Shown here: positions 52,573-64,000 of the stretch, piece by piece
Numbering within the stretch: position 1 is the first letter of the stretch
How the letters are laid out: every line of letters begins with the position of its first letter
NCBI GenBank assembly: GCA_043228905.1
Contig: JBHGNT010000021.1
Location: 6,200,001-6,264,000 of the forward strand
DNA from: Azolla caroliniana
Lineage: Eukaryota; Plantae; Polypodiophyta
DNA: 64,000 nt
Reading direction: 5' to 3'
Made by a program: the position numbers and the translations under genes
The notes under the pieces: model-generated
Told to the model about the DNA's origin: nothing
Database searches by the model: none
Seen by the model: the letters and a program-made list of their open reading frames with translations, nothing else

Positions 52573-55500
52573 ATGTAATGCTTATTTTGATATTTTCTTC
52601 TTTTTCCTTCATATTTATTCAATCGGTTATTTTATATTATTTTCACGTAGTGTACGAAATACACTACGACAACGTTGATTCCGGTGCGTCGAATCACATG
52701 ACGAGCCACAAACAGTGGTTCTCCTTCTTGGAGAAACCGGAACAACCAAGGGTCGTCGAAACCGGAGACGACACTCACCCAATCGTGCATGTCGGAGAAG
52801 TGCCTTTGAGCCACGTCAAACAGAGGGGGAAGCTGATGAATGTATTACATGTTCCGACTATCATGAAGAACTTGGTGTCAGTCGGTCAGATCGTTGACCA
52901 GGGGATGCACATGCGGTTTACGCACCTTGGGTGCTTCATCGAGGAAGAGGGCCAGATTATTGCACATGGGTGCAGAGAAGGGAGGATGTTCATCCTCGAC
53001 ACCAATGACGTCGGCATTGCTTTGTTCACCAAAGGACAGAAGATTGAATTGAATATTGATCTCTTGCACAAGCGAATCGGCCACGTCAATTACCGGAGGC
53101 TTCAAGACCTGCAAACGAAACAAGTTGTTTTCGGTTTGCCGAAGTTTAGTGACCCGAAGGCCCAAATATGTGAAGCTTGCCAACTTGGGAAGCAACACCG
53201 GCTTCCATTCCCCACCGAACGAAACCGTAGCCGTAACAAGCTTGACCTTATTCATTCGGATGTATGGGGACTGGCACAGAATGTTAGTCTTGGCGGGAGT
53301 CGGTATTTTGTCTCCTTCATCGACGACTACAACCGACACACATGGATCTACCTCATTGAGCGGAAGAGCGAAGTCTTCGAGTGTTTCCGGAACCTGCAAA
53401 GCCTGGTTGAATGGGAAATGGAGAGGAAGATCAAATGCCTGCGGTCGGATGGCAGAAAAGAATATTATTCCGTCCAATTCAATAGTTATCTGTAGCAAAA
53501 AGGAATTCGGAGAGAGTTCAGCTGTAGATACACACCGGAGCAAGACGGTGTGGCAGAAAGGAAGAACCGGTCGATTGTTGACGCGGCAAGGGCAATGCTG
53601 GAGGAGAAGAGCATGCCCAATCTCTACTGGGCGGATGCGGTCCAGACGGCCGTCTACATCCAAAACCGGATCGGTGACAAGGTGTCCTCACATGAGCTAT
53701 ATTTCGAGTGCAAGCCGAATTTGAGACACCTTCGGATATTCGATAGCATTGCATATGTGCATGTGCCGGATGAGAAGCGGAGGAACATGGATGCAAAGTC
53801 GGAGAAATGCATCCTGGTCGGTTACTCACATGAGCAAAAGGGGTATAAGTGTTATAACCCCCGGACGAAGTAGGTCCGAATTAGCCGGGATGTTGAGTTT
53901 GATGAGACGGCATCATGGTATGCCTTACCGGCTCCGACTTCTGACCCCGACCCGATACCGGAGGATGAGGCTAGTGAGCCTGAACCGGTCTAGATAGAAG
54001 ATGAAGACCTTGGCACTCTAGAAGAGAATCCGATCTCGTTTCGGTTAAGTGAACCGAATGAGCGGCTGAGTCGGGATATATGTAGAAGTCGACCGTGGAG
54101 CACCTTCTGTGCGCGCATCGAATTTTGCGATATGTGAGCGGCACGAAGGAACGGGGAATGTTATACCGGCATGGTATAACCAAAGAGCTAGTTGGATACA
54201 CTGATGCCGACTGGGCTGGTGATGCATCGGATCGCCGATCCACCTCTGGCTATATGTTTTCCCTTAGTAGCACGGCTATAGCGTGGAGTAGCAAAAAGCA
54301 ACCAACATTGGCCCTTTCGAGTACTGAGGCTGAATACCGAGGCACTACCATTGCCACATGTAAAGCCATTTGGCTTTGGCGACTGCTGCAAGACCTGCGA
54401 ATCAAGGTGTCGACCCCGATCCTGATCTACTGCAGCTCGTCAAGAACCTCGTATGCCATGCTCGCACAAAGCACATAGAAGTGCACTACCACTTTGTGCG
54501 TGAGCGTGTCCTGAGCGGTGAAGTCGGACTTCGGTATGTTCATACGGATCGGCAAGTTGCTGATATCTTCACCAAACCGCTCGGATCGAACAATTTGTAG
54601 CACTTCACCAAAATGCTTGGTGTTCAGCATCTCGACGTGCCACACTTGAGGGGTAGAATGGGCAAAGACATCGGAACGGGCAAAGGCAAACAAACTGTCG
54701 ATTGCGCCGGTGAGGGAAGAACCAACAATGGGAGAAACAAGAAGAAGAAAGGAGCCGAGTCGACAAAGAAAGTTGACACATCCGAACAAGTCGGAACAAG
54801 CGGCAGCGGCGGCAGAGTTAAGAAGGACAGAGCCAACCGGAAGAAGAAGAAGGTCAAGAAGGACATGGTCCGATATGGTGAAGGGCCTGGAACCGGAAGA
54901 CAAATCGGGAGCGACCGATTCAGACAAGAGCTGGAATAAATCGGAGACAACCGATTTGGTTTAACAGACGGATTCGGAAGAACCGGATCAATTCAAGGCC
55001 AAGAGGACGAGAAGGCAGCGAAAGTCGACGCCAACACGAAGGAATTGGCGAATCGGGAAGCGCCAAAGTCACAGCAGCGATGGAGCCGAATTGGGCCTGT
55101 TGAGTAGACAAGCCAATCGAGGAGGTTGAGGTGCGCAGGAACAGAAGGGTCGTGGCAAACGGGACCGGACTGGACGAGGAGCACGAGCAAGGCGGAGTGA
55201 CGCCAGAAGGAGGCAGGTGGAAGGACCGACTGCCATGGAGACTGGCACTACGATCCGACCTCAAGTTGAGCTTGAGGGGGAGTGTTGAGCGGCAAGCTCA
55301 ACCGGATCCGGATCGGCTAAATAAGCCTGAGCTGGATCGGTGAGACGGTGAGCTGGGGAGCCGGTTAGCCGGATCAAGGAGTAACTGGAAGCCAAGTAGC
55401 ATCTAGAGTACTAGGTAGTTAAGGTCTTGTAGTTAGTGTCAGATGCTCGTGTGAGCCTTGAAGTACACCGTACTTTTGTCAGTCCGTATGGACTTGTATA

Positions 55501-55577
55501 AAAGTGTTCACTGAACACATACGATGTACAAAGTATTACAGAGTTTTAGAGTTATTTTGAATATAGTCTTATGTTCT

Positions 55578-55635
<58 letters not shown>

Positions 55636-57201
55636 GCATACTGTGCATATTCAAGCTCTCCATTAAACCTGCGTTTTTGTGTTTTCAGTTTTCTATTGCT
55701 TCCGCACACTATTCTTTCACAGTCATGAAGGCTATATTTCTCAAGGAAGATCCTTTTGAAATATTCCCAATTTGGGCTTGTTGTTTGAATTTCTAAAATC
55801 TAGGGAGGAAGGATTATTGTTGCCACCCTTGCAAAGCTTCATAATTGTCTAGCTATGGTTATGCCTCTCATTTGCATCTCCATTGTGTAAGCCTCTGTGT
55901 AGACAAACACATATTTCTTGCCAAAGCAACCATTTGTGTCCATGATTCTTTCTATGGCCTTGTCAAGGTCCACTATGTTATCCCTTTTCCTGAGCACATG
56001 GTTCATCATCATCATACACGTGAAATCTTCAATTGATGCTCCAACCAACCATCCTCCTTGGATTTCATTTTATGGTTCACCAAAGATGTCGCTAGAATAT
56101 GTTGCATGCAAAAAGCAAATGGGACCATCAAGAACTTGGACTACAAGGGGTGGGGTGGTTTTGAGTTGTTGCCTTCAGTCCTTTTTATTCCTTTTTATTC
56201 CTTTCGTATACTTATGTGCATGTGAGTATGTGTGTGTGCACGAGGGAATTTTGGAACACTTACATATGCATTTGTTTTTTGTATGTGAAGGGATGAGTTT
56301 AAGTAAATGTGCGACTTCTAAGTGTTTATAGTCCAAGTGCACTTATGTGTGTAAAAGAATGTGTTGATTTGAAGAATCGGGGGAGGGGTGTATGTGCATG
56401 TATGAGAGCTATAAATATTAATGTTTGTGTTTTTCAAGACATACGTACGTATGTATGTATTTATGTTTTAATGTGTTGGTAGGTAGGAGGAGTATTTGGG
56501 AAAATACAAAGGGGTTAAAGTGTTTGTGACTAGTTGTAAGGGTTTTTTATTGGCCCTTCTCTGTCTGATATCGCCTAGTGTACGAGACATTGGCCTTGGT
56601 TAGTGTGGTGGGTTCGACTCTTGTCATTTGAAAATTCGTTTTCCCTCGCAATTTCCTACTCAAATCTTGAAATTATGTTTCAAAAATTCCATTGCGACCC
56701 TTGCAATGACCTCTCCTTGTATAAATTACAAATCTTTTGGTGCAAAAATCCAACAAAAGTCTCTTGTCAATTTCGTTTGATTTTGCATATCTTTGGCCAC
56801 CAAGGTTGGTTCTCCAAGCCGAAAATTATATAGCAAAGCAATCCTTGTTTGATCTTGGTTTATATGAGATAGTGAGATTACCAAAATAAATTATGTAGGT
56901 ATTAAAGTTTCATATTACATAAAATAGGCTTATGATCTTGAATAGATACAACAAGGTAGAGTTTCGGTTCATTGAACCATGAGTGATGACTTCATCACAT
57001 TTGTTGTCGTTAATCTTGATCGCCCTCTTGATTCACAATCATAAACTCAAGTAAAATTGAGATCCCCAACAATGAACTCTCTTGTCCCTTTATAGGCTCC
57101 TGAAGCTCCTTTTGCAAATAAAAATAGTAAACCCTTCTTTTAGCATGTACCTCATTTTGTCCCTCTTTTGCATGCATCTACGCTTATCCTCCCAAGGTGG
57201 T

Positions 57202-57463
57202 TGGTGTGAGCAATGTCAATCATCATGTCCATCCATTCACTTTGCCTCCACTTGACCCATGGAAGTCAACATATTGCTTTTGTAGGATTCAAAACCTTCC
57301 CTGTCTCATTCAGAGAGAAAGTTCTTGCCAATTGGTGTTAAGAATGTCAATCATAATATCCATCCATTCACTTTGCCTCCACTTGACCCATTGAAGTCCA
57401 CATATTTCTTTTGTAGGATTCAAAACCTTGCTTGTCTCATTCAGGGAGAAAGTTCTAGCCAAT
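57202..57463. repeat. 131-bp diverged tandem duplication in degraded, probably retroelement-derived DNA
   Basis: Units 57202-57332 and 57333-57463 share catccattcactttgcctccacttgacccat...tgtaggattcaaaacctt. Confidence 0.85.
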
Positions 57464-58868
57464 TGCGCCATATCTTTTGTTGTTTTAAACAGGCCTCATC
57501 CTATCACATGTCTTATTAATCATGCTTTCTCTTAAACTTTAACCTTTCATTAACAACATGAGCACACCAAAACAACGGGTTAATAAAGAATCAGGAATAA
57601 CAAGATCCACTAGGTGGTGACTAAGCAGGGTATTTACTTGGAGAGTCATATGACATTGGGTGGATTAACTCTTTGAGTTACTTTACGAAGATGAAGTATT
57701 GCTTCTAGAATGTGTTTGTTTTTTATAGTTTTCGAAGAACAGAATCAACATTCATTAATAAATTGTCTAGTGGCAAGGGCTATTTGGAAATTTATATCTA
57801 TAATGTGTGCTTCGATAAGTGGAGCATTGAAATCTTTGTTTCAATGGGTGTTTGCTTGTGCGTAATTGACAATGCTTTCTCCACATTTTGAGATAGTTTT
57901 TTAGTTCTAAGGTATTGGGGATTATGTCATAATTGGTGGATGTAGTATATCTTTGTTTTTTATGCTCAATATGGGGTTGAAAGATACATCAAAGATTGAA
58001 AGGCGTACAGGTATGGCAGTTTTCCTCGTTGGAAACTTCTAGGAAGCTATGATAGGAAGAGTTAAGAACCTATAGGTTGGTAAGGCGTAATGTCCATCAT
58101 TTGGATTGTCCTTTATCATATAAGACTATATAGACCCATAATAACTCTATGTATCTATCTATTATTATAATTCAACTTTCGTAATGGAGACATTACTATT
58201 TATGAGAGAGAATGAAATCTAGATGAATAGCTCAATTGATTTGGTTGGCATGCATTTAACCATATTATTTTACACGATGGCACCTAGTAAATTACACATC
58301 AAAACATTGCCTTAGCCATATAGTTGTGCATGTAGCAATATCAAGAGAGTGTCACAATAGGTTGCTTCTTGATACTCAAGAAGATGGCCTAATTTCCAAG
58401 AGAGAAAACAAATCTTGATGTGGACAAAAGATCAATTCATGGCCAAATCCTCATTGATGTAGCCTTGTAGTTGATTGCTACTCCCACTTCACAACAGATT
58501 CTAGTATCCACTATTAGCTCACATATCAGAATACTCTTTGAGCACATTGCATGTGCATGTCTCATTGTGCATACATGAATGGACTTAATACACACAAAAG
58601 GTGGCTTGTTATTTTATTGATATGTTTTTCACTTATTTTATGCTAGAGTTTATGCTACTTAGGGAGGCATGCTATCACTGATTGCCCCTCAAAAAGTGAA
58701 TGCTTATCTTATTATAAATATCACATAATACTTAGTTAGGATCTAGCATAGGATCTCAAGGGATGACTAACATTCATTGTTGTTGGGTTGTATTGACTAG
58801 TACTTCAATCCTCATAAAGGAGCTACTAACACTAACTGCCCAAACTATTTCTATTTCTAAAATAGGAG

Positions 58869-60963
58869 GGTTGAGAATCAAGCTCAACCTAGTCTAGTGT
58901 GTGAACACACCCTTTGAGAATCCATGAACACTCAAAGGTCAAAAGTCACCACTACTTTTGTAGCATTAACTATGCGTCATAGAATCATATTCTATGACAC
59001 ATAACTAATGAGTTTCCACATTCCCCATGACCGATGAACTTCGGTAGTTAATGAAGAGAGTGGGTGACTACATAAAGCACCCTCCTCATACTTTGTGATG
59101 TGTCGGTTAATCTCCTTTGTAATATACATCGTCTTGATTATTCTATTTTCCATTCTATCTATCTTATGTCTTTCTCCCCTCTTATTCTCAAACACACACA
59201 TTGTCATGTCGAACTCTGACTCTTCACTTTTCATCCGACAAGGTCAGAGTGGGCCAACTAGTATTTTACTTTACGTTGATGATTTAGTCATCGTCGGTGC
59301 TGACCAAGAAGAAATAAGTCGCGCCAAGTCCCAGTTAGCGGCATCATTCGACATGATGGACCTGGGGGACCTTCATTACTTCCTCGGGATCGAAGTGATA
59401 TGTAGCCCTGAAAGCATACTGATCAGCCAACAACATTACATGTTGAATATGCTTTTCAAGTTTGGAATGATGGAGTGCAAGTCCGTCTCAACTCCTTTGG
59501 GTAGGAATGTGAAGCTTCGCCCTGACTCCGGAACGGGATGCGACCCGAAAAGGCTTCGACAGATAGTTAGAAGCCTTATATACTAGATCATCACCTGGTC
59601 GGACCTTAGCTATTCGGTCGGCTAGATTAGTCAATTCATGGTGCATCCAACCGTGGAGCACCTTCACTGCGCGCAATGAATACTCAAGTATGTCAATGAC
59701 ACTAAGAACAAGGGACTACTATATCGGACTGGTACTGCAAAACAATTGATTGCATACACGGATGATGATTGGACCGAAAACATCGACGATCACAGGTCTA
59801 CTTCAGGCTTCACATTTTCACTTGGAAGCGCCGCGATCGCTTGGAATAACAAGAAGTAGCTAACATTGGCACTGTTGAGCACAGAGAGCGAGTATCGAGG
59901 AGTGGCTAACACAACATGAGAAGTCATATGGCGCAAAAGGCTATTGAAGGATCTGTAGGTGGAGGTCTATGATCCGACAACGAACTACTACGACAACCTC
60001 AGCAACATCCAACTTATGAAGAACCCCACCTTCCACGCCCGGACCAAGCACATTGAGGTGCACTATCATTTTTTCTACGAGTGAGTCCTTTCCGGTGAAG
60101 TCGACCTAGTATATGTTCCAACGGATCGACTGACTACCGATATCTTCACCAAACCCCTTGGCCTGGACAAGTTGCGACAATTTTCAAATGTGCTTGGTTT
60201 GCAGCACCTCAACGTGCCGAACTTGAGTGGGAGATATAGAGAAAGGAGTGGAAGATACCGGGAAGTTGAGTCGGATGAAGAGTTCAACTTCGGATCGGCT
60301 GAAGAAGCCGAAGACAGATATAGGGGGAGCCGAAGGGACGAGCCGGAGCCGGAGCCAACTGAACAAGGGGGAGGTAAAGCCAAGAAGGACAGAGAGGCTA
60401 GAACCAAGATATGGTCAGATGTGGTCAAGGTCCTAAAGGCATATGACGAATCAGAGACAATTGATTTGGTCGAATAAATCGAATCATATAAAGACTGAGT
60501 GGACAAAAGGTCAACCAAAACCAACATCAAAACGAAGGAATCGTCGAGTCGATGAGCGCCGAAGTCGCGACAGTGAGGGAGCTAACAAGGGTCTTACAAG
60601 CAGACAAGCCGATCGGAAGGGTCGAGATGTGCAGAACCAGAGGGGTTGAGAAGCAAAGGAGGACATAGAACCGAACCAGACGAGGAGTGCGAGTAAGGCA
60701 AGGAGACGCTAGGAAGAGTTGGATGCTGACTCAAGGAGAACCTCAAGTTGAGCTTGAAGGGGAGTGTTGAGTGAGCAAGCTCAACTTAGCCCCGAATCAG
60801 TTGAAGAACCTAGGAGCCATATCGGATGGAGACCAATCGGCAAGGCCAGATCGGTGGGAACCGGAAGGCCGTTGGAGAGATATTCCACGAAGGAATATAT
60901 TTGGGAGTTAGTGTAGGGTCTCACTTATGAGCATTCAAGTACTGACGGTACTTTTGTCAGTTC
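58869..60963 (+). mobile_element. Chimeric Copia remnant L: B-family LTR fragment fused to RT-end/RNaseH, 3' extension, PPT and a different LTR
   Basis: 58870-59200 matches the B LTR (gttgagaatcaagctcaacct...gtgtgtgaacacacccttt). From ~59205: RT (LLYVDDLVI, LHYFLGIEV) and RNaseH (HARTKHIEVHYHF). PPT then LTR from 60765, interrupted at 60963 by M. Confidence 0.8.
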
Positions 60964-63736
60964 TGTTGAGAATCGAACTCAACTTCCCATAGATAGGTTT
61001 CACACTAGCTCATGGACACTCCAAGCTATTGTAAATAGTAGAAATGGCGCTTGCCCTAGCTTAGTTGGTATATAAACCAACTCATTGTAATTTAGTCGTT
61101 GTTGGAGGTATCTTGTTTTGTTCATATCATATATACTTTTTTCTATCTCTGTCTCTGTCTCTGTCTCTGTCTCTCTGTCTCTCTGTCTCTCTCTCTCTCT
61201 CTCTCTGTGTTGTTATACACAAACACACACACACATACGCTCACCTTCCACTGCATTACAACCACTCTTGCCACTCCATTTCTTAACATGGTATCAGAGC
61301 GTGCGGTTACTTGATCAAGCATTTTTCGACTGTGTTGTGCTGCACGCCGACGATCAACAGAGCCGGCCCATCGACAGAGAAGAAATCACCATGAATAATC
61401 AAATGGGAAGCACTCTTCCTACCGAGAAGCTCGATAGAACGAACTTTGCATCTTGGGAATACAAGATGCATCAATATCTTGTCGGACAAGGATACTGGAG
61501 CTACATCGAAGGAGCTCACGAATCACACCCCAACCCAACACACCTTGACTATCCTACTTGGGAGTAGGTCGCAAGCCGTGTGTTGTATATTGCCTTGCAT
61601 CATGCATTCATGATCATATGCTTGGCTACATTCGAGAGGCTAAAACGCCGAAGCAAGCATGGGAAAACCTCAAGAAGATCTTTGTAGCCAATACGGCCAC
61701 ACGAAAGCTCCAACTTCGACAGGAGCTGAACAATCTTCAACAAAGGGACATGTCAATCGGCAACTATACCTTGAAGATCAAGGAGCTATGTGACGCCCTC
61801 GGATCGATCAACGTCGTCATTGACGATGACGAACTAGTGCAGATATGCCTCGGAGGCTTAGCACCGCGTTTTGGCGCAATTAGATCGGTTATTCTCGCAA
61901 GGGAGAACCCCCCCCTCCTTCGACCTTCAATCGATATTGTTGGTCGAAGAGAATCACGCCTGACAGAGGAACAACGCATCAGATGGTCATTTGCTCTACT
62001 CCCAGTCAGATAATAGAAGAGATTTCGGTCGTGGAAACAGAGGTCGCTTCAGACAAGGCCATAATGATCGGCGGAATCAAGGGCGTAACTCCCACCAGTG
62101 GCAAGCGGACAGGAATAGGCCCAGAGAGCTTGGTGGAAGGGGGAGTCATAACGCCAAACCGAGCAATCGCCGAAACCCAGTCGAGTGTGGGTACTGCGGA
62201 AAACCCGGCCACTATGAAGAAGAGTGCCGAAAGAAGAAACGTAAGGCAAGTCGACAACTCACGAACTACGCCATAAACTCCGACTACGGCGACCGTGGCG
62301 AAATGTTCATAATGAAGCACGAAGCACACTCGATGTCTGCATTTGCGACAACCAACGCCTCCACTCCTAATAGTGTATAATTTTTCGATTCGGGAGCTTC
62401 CAATCACATGACTTCCCATGAAGATTGGTTTCGGGAATTATGGAAGCCCGAACGTCCCGGATATGTCAAAACAGGTGATGATACGACTCATCCAATACAA
62501 CATATCGGGAATGTCCCATTCGGAAATGACGACGAACAGACCTACCTCAAGAACGTACTGCATGTTCCCACCATCACGAAAAATCTGGTCTCGGTCGGCT
62601 ACGATTTGATCGCCTTTTTCAATGAAGCACCCATCATTGGTAAAGCGTACCTGCATTCCTTGTTCTACAATATGGCACAAGAGAATCGGCCACATCAATC
62701 TCCAGAAGGTTCAGAACATGCAGACAAAAAGAGTCATAATCGGACTCCCGAACTTTACGGCAAAGGAGATCACGGGTGTGTGCGAAGCATGCCAATTCGG
62801 AAAGGAACGCCGTCATCCATTCCCAAAAGAGCGGAATGTAAGCAAAGGGATCCTGGATGTCATACATTCAAACATGTGGGGACCAGCCCAAACGGTTACT
62901 TTCGGCGGATGCCGTTACTATGTCACGTTCATCGACGATTTCTCCAGAAATACCTGGATTTATCCAATGAAGCAAAAGAGTGAAGTGTTCAGCCACTTCC
63001 AGAAGTTCAAAGCGGAAGTGGAAAAAGCCACGGGCCGGCATGTACGCTGCCTTCGATCAGATGGAGGCAAAGAATATTTTTCGGATGAGTTCTCGGCGTA
63101 TCTCCGCAAGGAAGGAGTCCGATGAGAGTTCTCGTGTCGACATACACCTCAGCAAAACGGTGTAGCTAAGCGTAAAAACCGCCACATGGTAGAAGTCGCA
63201 CGAGCCATGATGAATGAGAAGAACCTGCCAAAATCGTACTGGGCAGAACCGACGAACACATCCGTATACCTCCTAAATAGGTGCACAACCTCAGGAGTAC
63301 ACGACATAACTCCTCAGGAGAAGTTCTTTGGAAAGAAGCCAGACTTATTGCATGTCCGCATTTTCAGCTCTGTCGCCTACGTACATATTCCCGACGATAC
63401 GCGGCAAAAGCTTGACCCAAAGTTGGAGAAATGTATCCTCGTATGATACTCACTCAAACAGAAGGGGCACAAATGCTACAACCCATCTACCCTTAAGGTT
63501 CGAACAAGTCGAGACGTAGTCTTCGACGAATACGCACCCCGGTACGCACCGGAGAATACTTCGACTCCAACCTCTCTTGATGCGGATGACACCAAAATCA
63601 GAATAGAAGCTAAAGATCGTCTCACACCTATGCACGAAGAAAGTCCAATCTCGACATGGCTAAGCGGACCACAAGAGCCCCCAAGTGATCAAAGCACATC
63701 TCGGCCGAGTCCACTACTAGACAAAGGCAAGGCGAA
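60964..63736 (+). mobile_element. Ty1/Copia element M (5' LTR, gag, PR, INT), inserted in the L LTR; interrupted by N
   Basis: LTR 60964-61288 (TG..CA); PBS TGGTATCAGAGC 61289-61300; gag ATG 61391 (MNNQMGSTLPTEKLDRTNF); zinc knuckle CGYCGKPGHYEEEC; INT with stops. Confidence 0.92.
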
Positions 63737-64000
63737 TGTTACCCGTTTCTTTGGGTGAACACCTTCGATAGATCTGCGTCTATCGGTCTTCAAGGGCGTG
63801 GTACGTGAAGGCTCGTAACAGAGGCGTCGAGAGAGATACAGGGCTCAGAGAGAAAACACTAGCGAGGTCTTGATAGACGTGGCAGCATAAAACTCATAGG
63901 TATGGATCAAGCACAAACTCATGCAACAAAATAGGCACAAATAAGATATATTACTATGACAGAAAAGATTACAAAACACGGCCTATGGCCGGTGACCTTA
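63737..64000. mobile_element. Probable start of another LTR (N) interrupting M
   Basis: Homology to the A/B linker (DKGKAKM) stops abruptly at ggcgaa|TGTTACCCG; the sequence after it is unrelated. The other end is outside the window. Confidence 0.55.

Larger units (their letters stand above)
51451..52671 (-). mobile_element. Solo LTR H (TGTCG..CGACA group) at the J protease active-site motif
   Basis: Termini TGTCG/CGACA; flanks ATGT (51447-51450) and ACGT (52672-52675); removal restores TGG TAC GTT GAT TCC GGT (WYVDSG). gggtgggaaccac...ttggactagg is shared with the D' LTR. Confidence 0.88.
42221..55721 (+). mobile_element. Ty1/Copia element J, most of RT deleted, host of K, H and I
   Basis: TSD GTCAT (42216-42220, 55722-55726). 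5' LTR 42221-42604 plus 50265-50340; PBS TGGTATTAGAGC 50341-50352; 3' LTR 55283-55721 with PPT. Gag ~50435-51400; PR/INT 52672-54070; RT end/RNaseH ~54075-54650 (YTDADWAGD, HARTKHIEVHYHFVRE). Confidence 0.94.
41562..56500 (-). mobile_element. Old, degraded member of the tRNA-Trp Gypsy group, host of Copia J (right boundary approximate)
   Basis: LTR end TGTCG at 56087 next to a degenerate PBS (ggttcacca, 56074-56082). Gag relics at 55727-56060 (DLDKAIERIMDTNGCFGKK, cf. E ALDRAIEAIVGTIGRFSGKD) and ~41610-42215 (YIYCDYPDHNKRAC knuckle-like). Short LTR-end-like stub at 41562. Confidence 0.6.

Overview
Land-plant nuclear DNA (spliceosomal GT-AG introns, plant LTR lineages). The first ~20 kb is an AT-rich gene island with two convergent intron-containing genes that the ORF track shows only in fragments or misses: a GDSL esterase/lipase (+, first exon not found in the window) and a SAM-domain protein similar to Arabidopsis AT3G07760 (-). 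It also holds 5'-truncated retroposons and a MITE-like repeat. From ~20.9 kb to the end lies a deeply nested transposon cluster, which I resolved by LTR termini, PBS/PPT and target-site duplications (TSDs). It contains six decayed Ty1/Copia elements plus LTR relics (tRNA-iMet PBS, 5-bp TSDs), one apparently intact hAT DNA transposon (17-bp TIR, 8-bp TSD, open 707-aa DDE transposase), and at least six insertions of a chromodomain-less Ty3/Gypsy group with TGTCG...CGACA LTR ends and a tRNA-Trp PBS. The most striking pattern: every readable insertion site of this Gypsy group is a 4-bp target centred on an intact or deaminated CpG (NCGN), and half of them sit inside LTRs of the same group, suggesting CpG-directed integration. 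Second: a conserved 10-12 bp inverted repeat frames the PPT/U3 junction in three Copia elements whose LTRs are otherwise dissimilar. Element letters A-N are my own labels. All calls were made by eye, without database searches.
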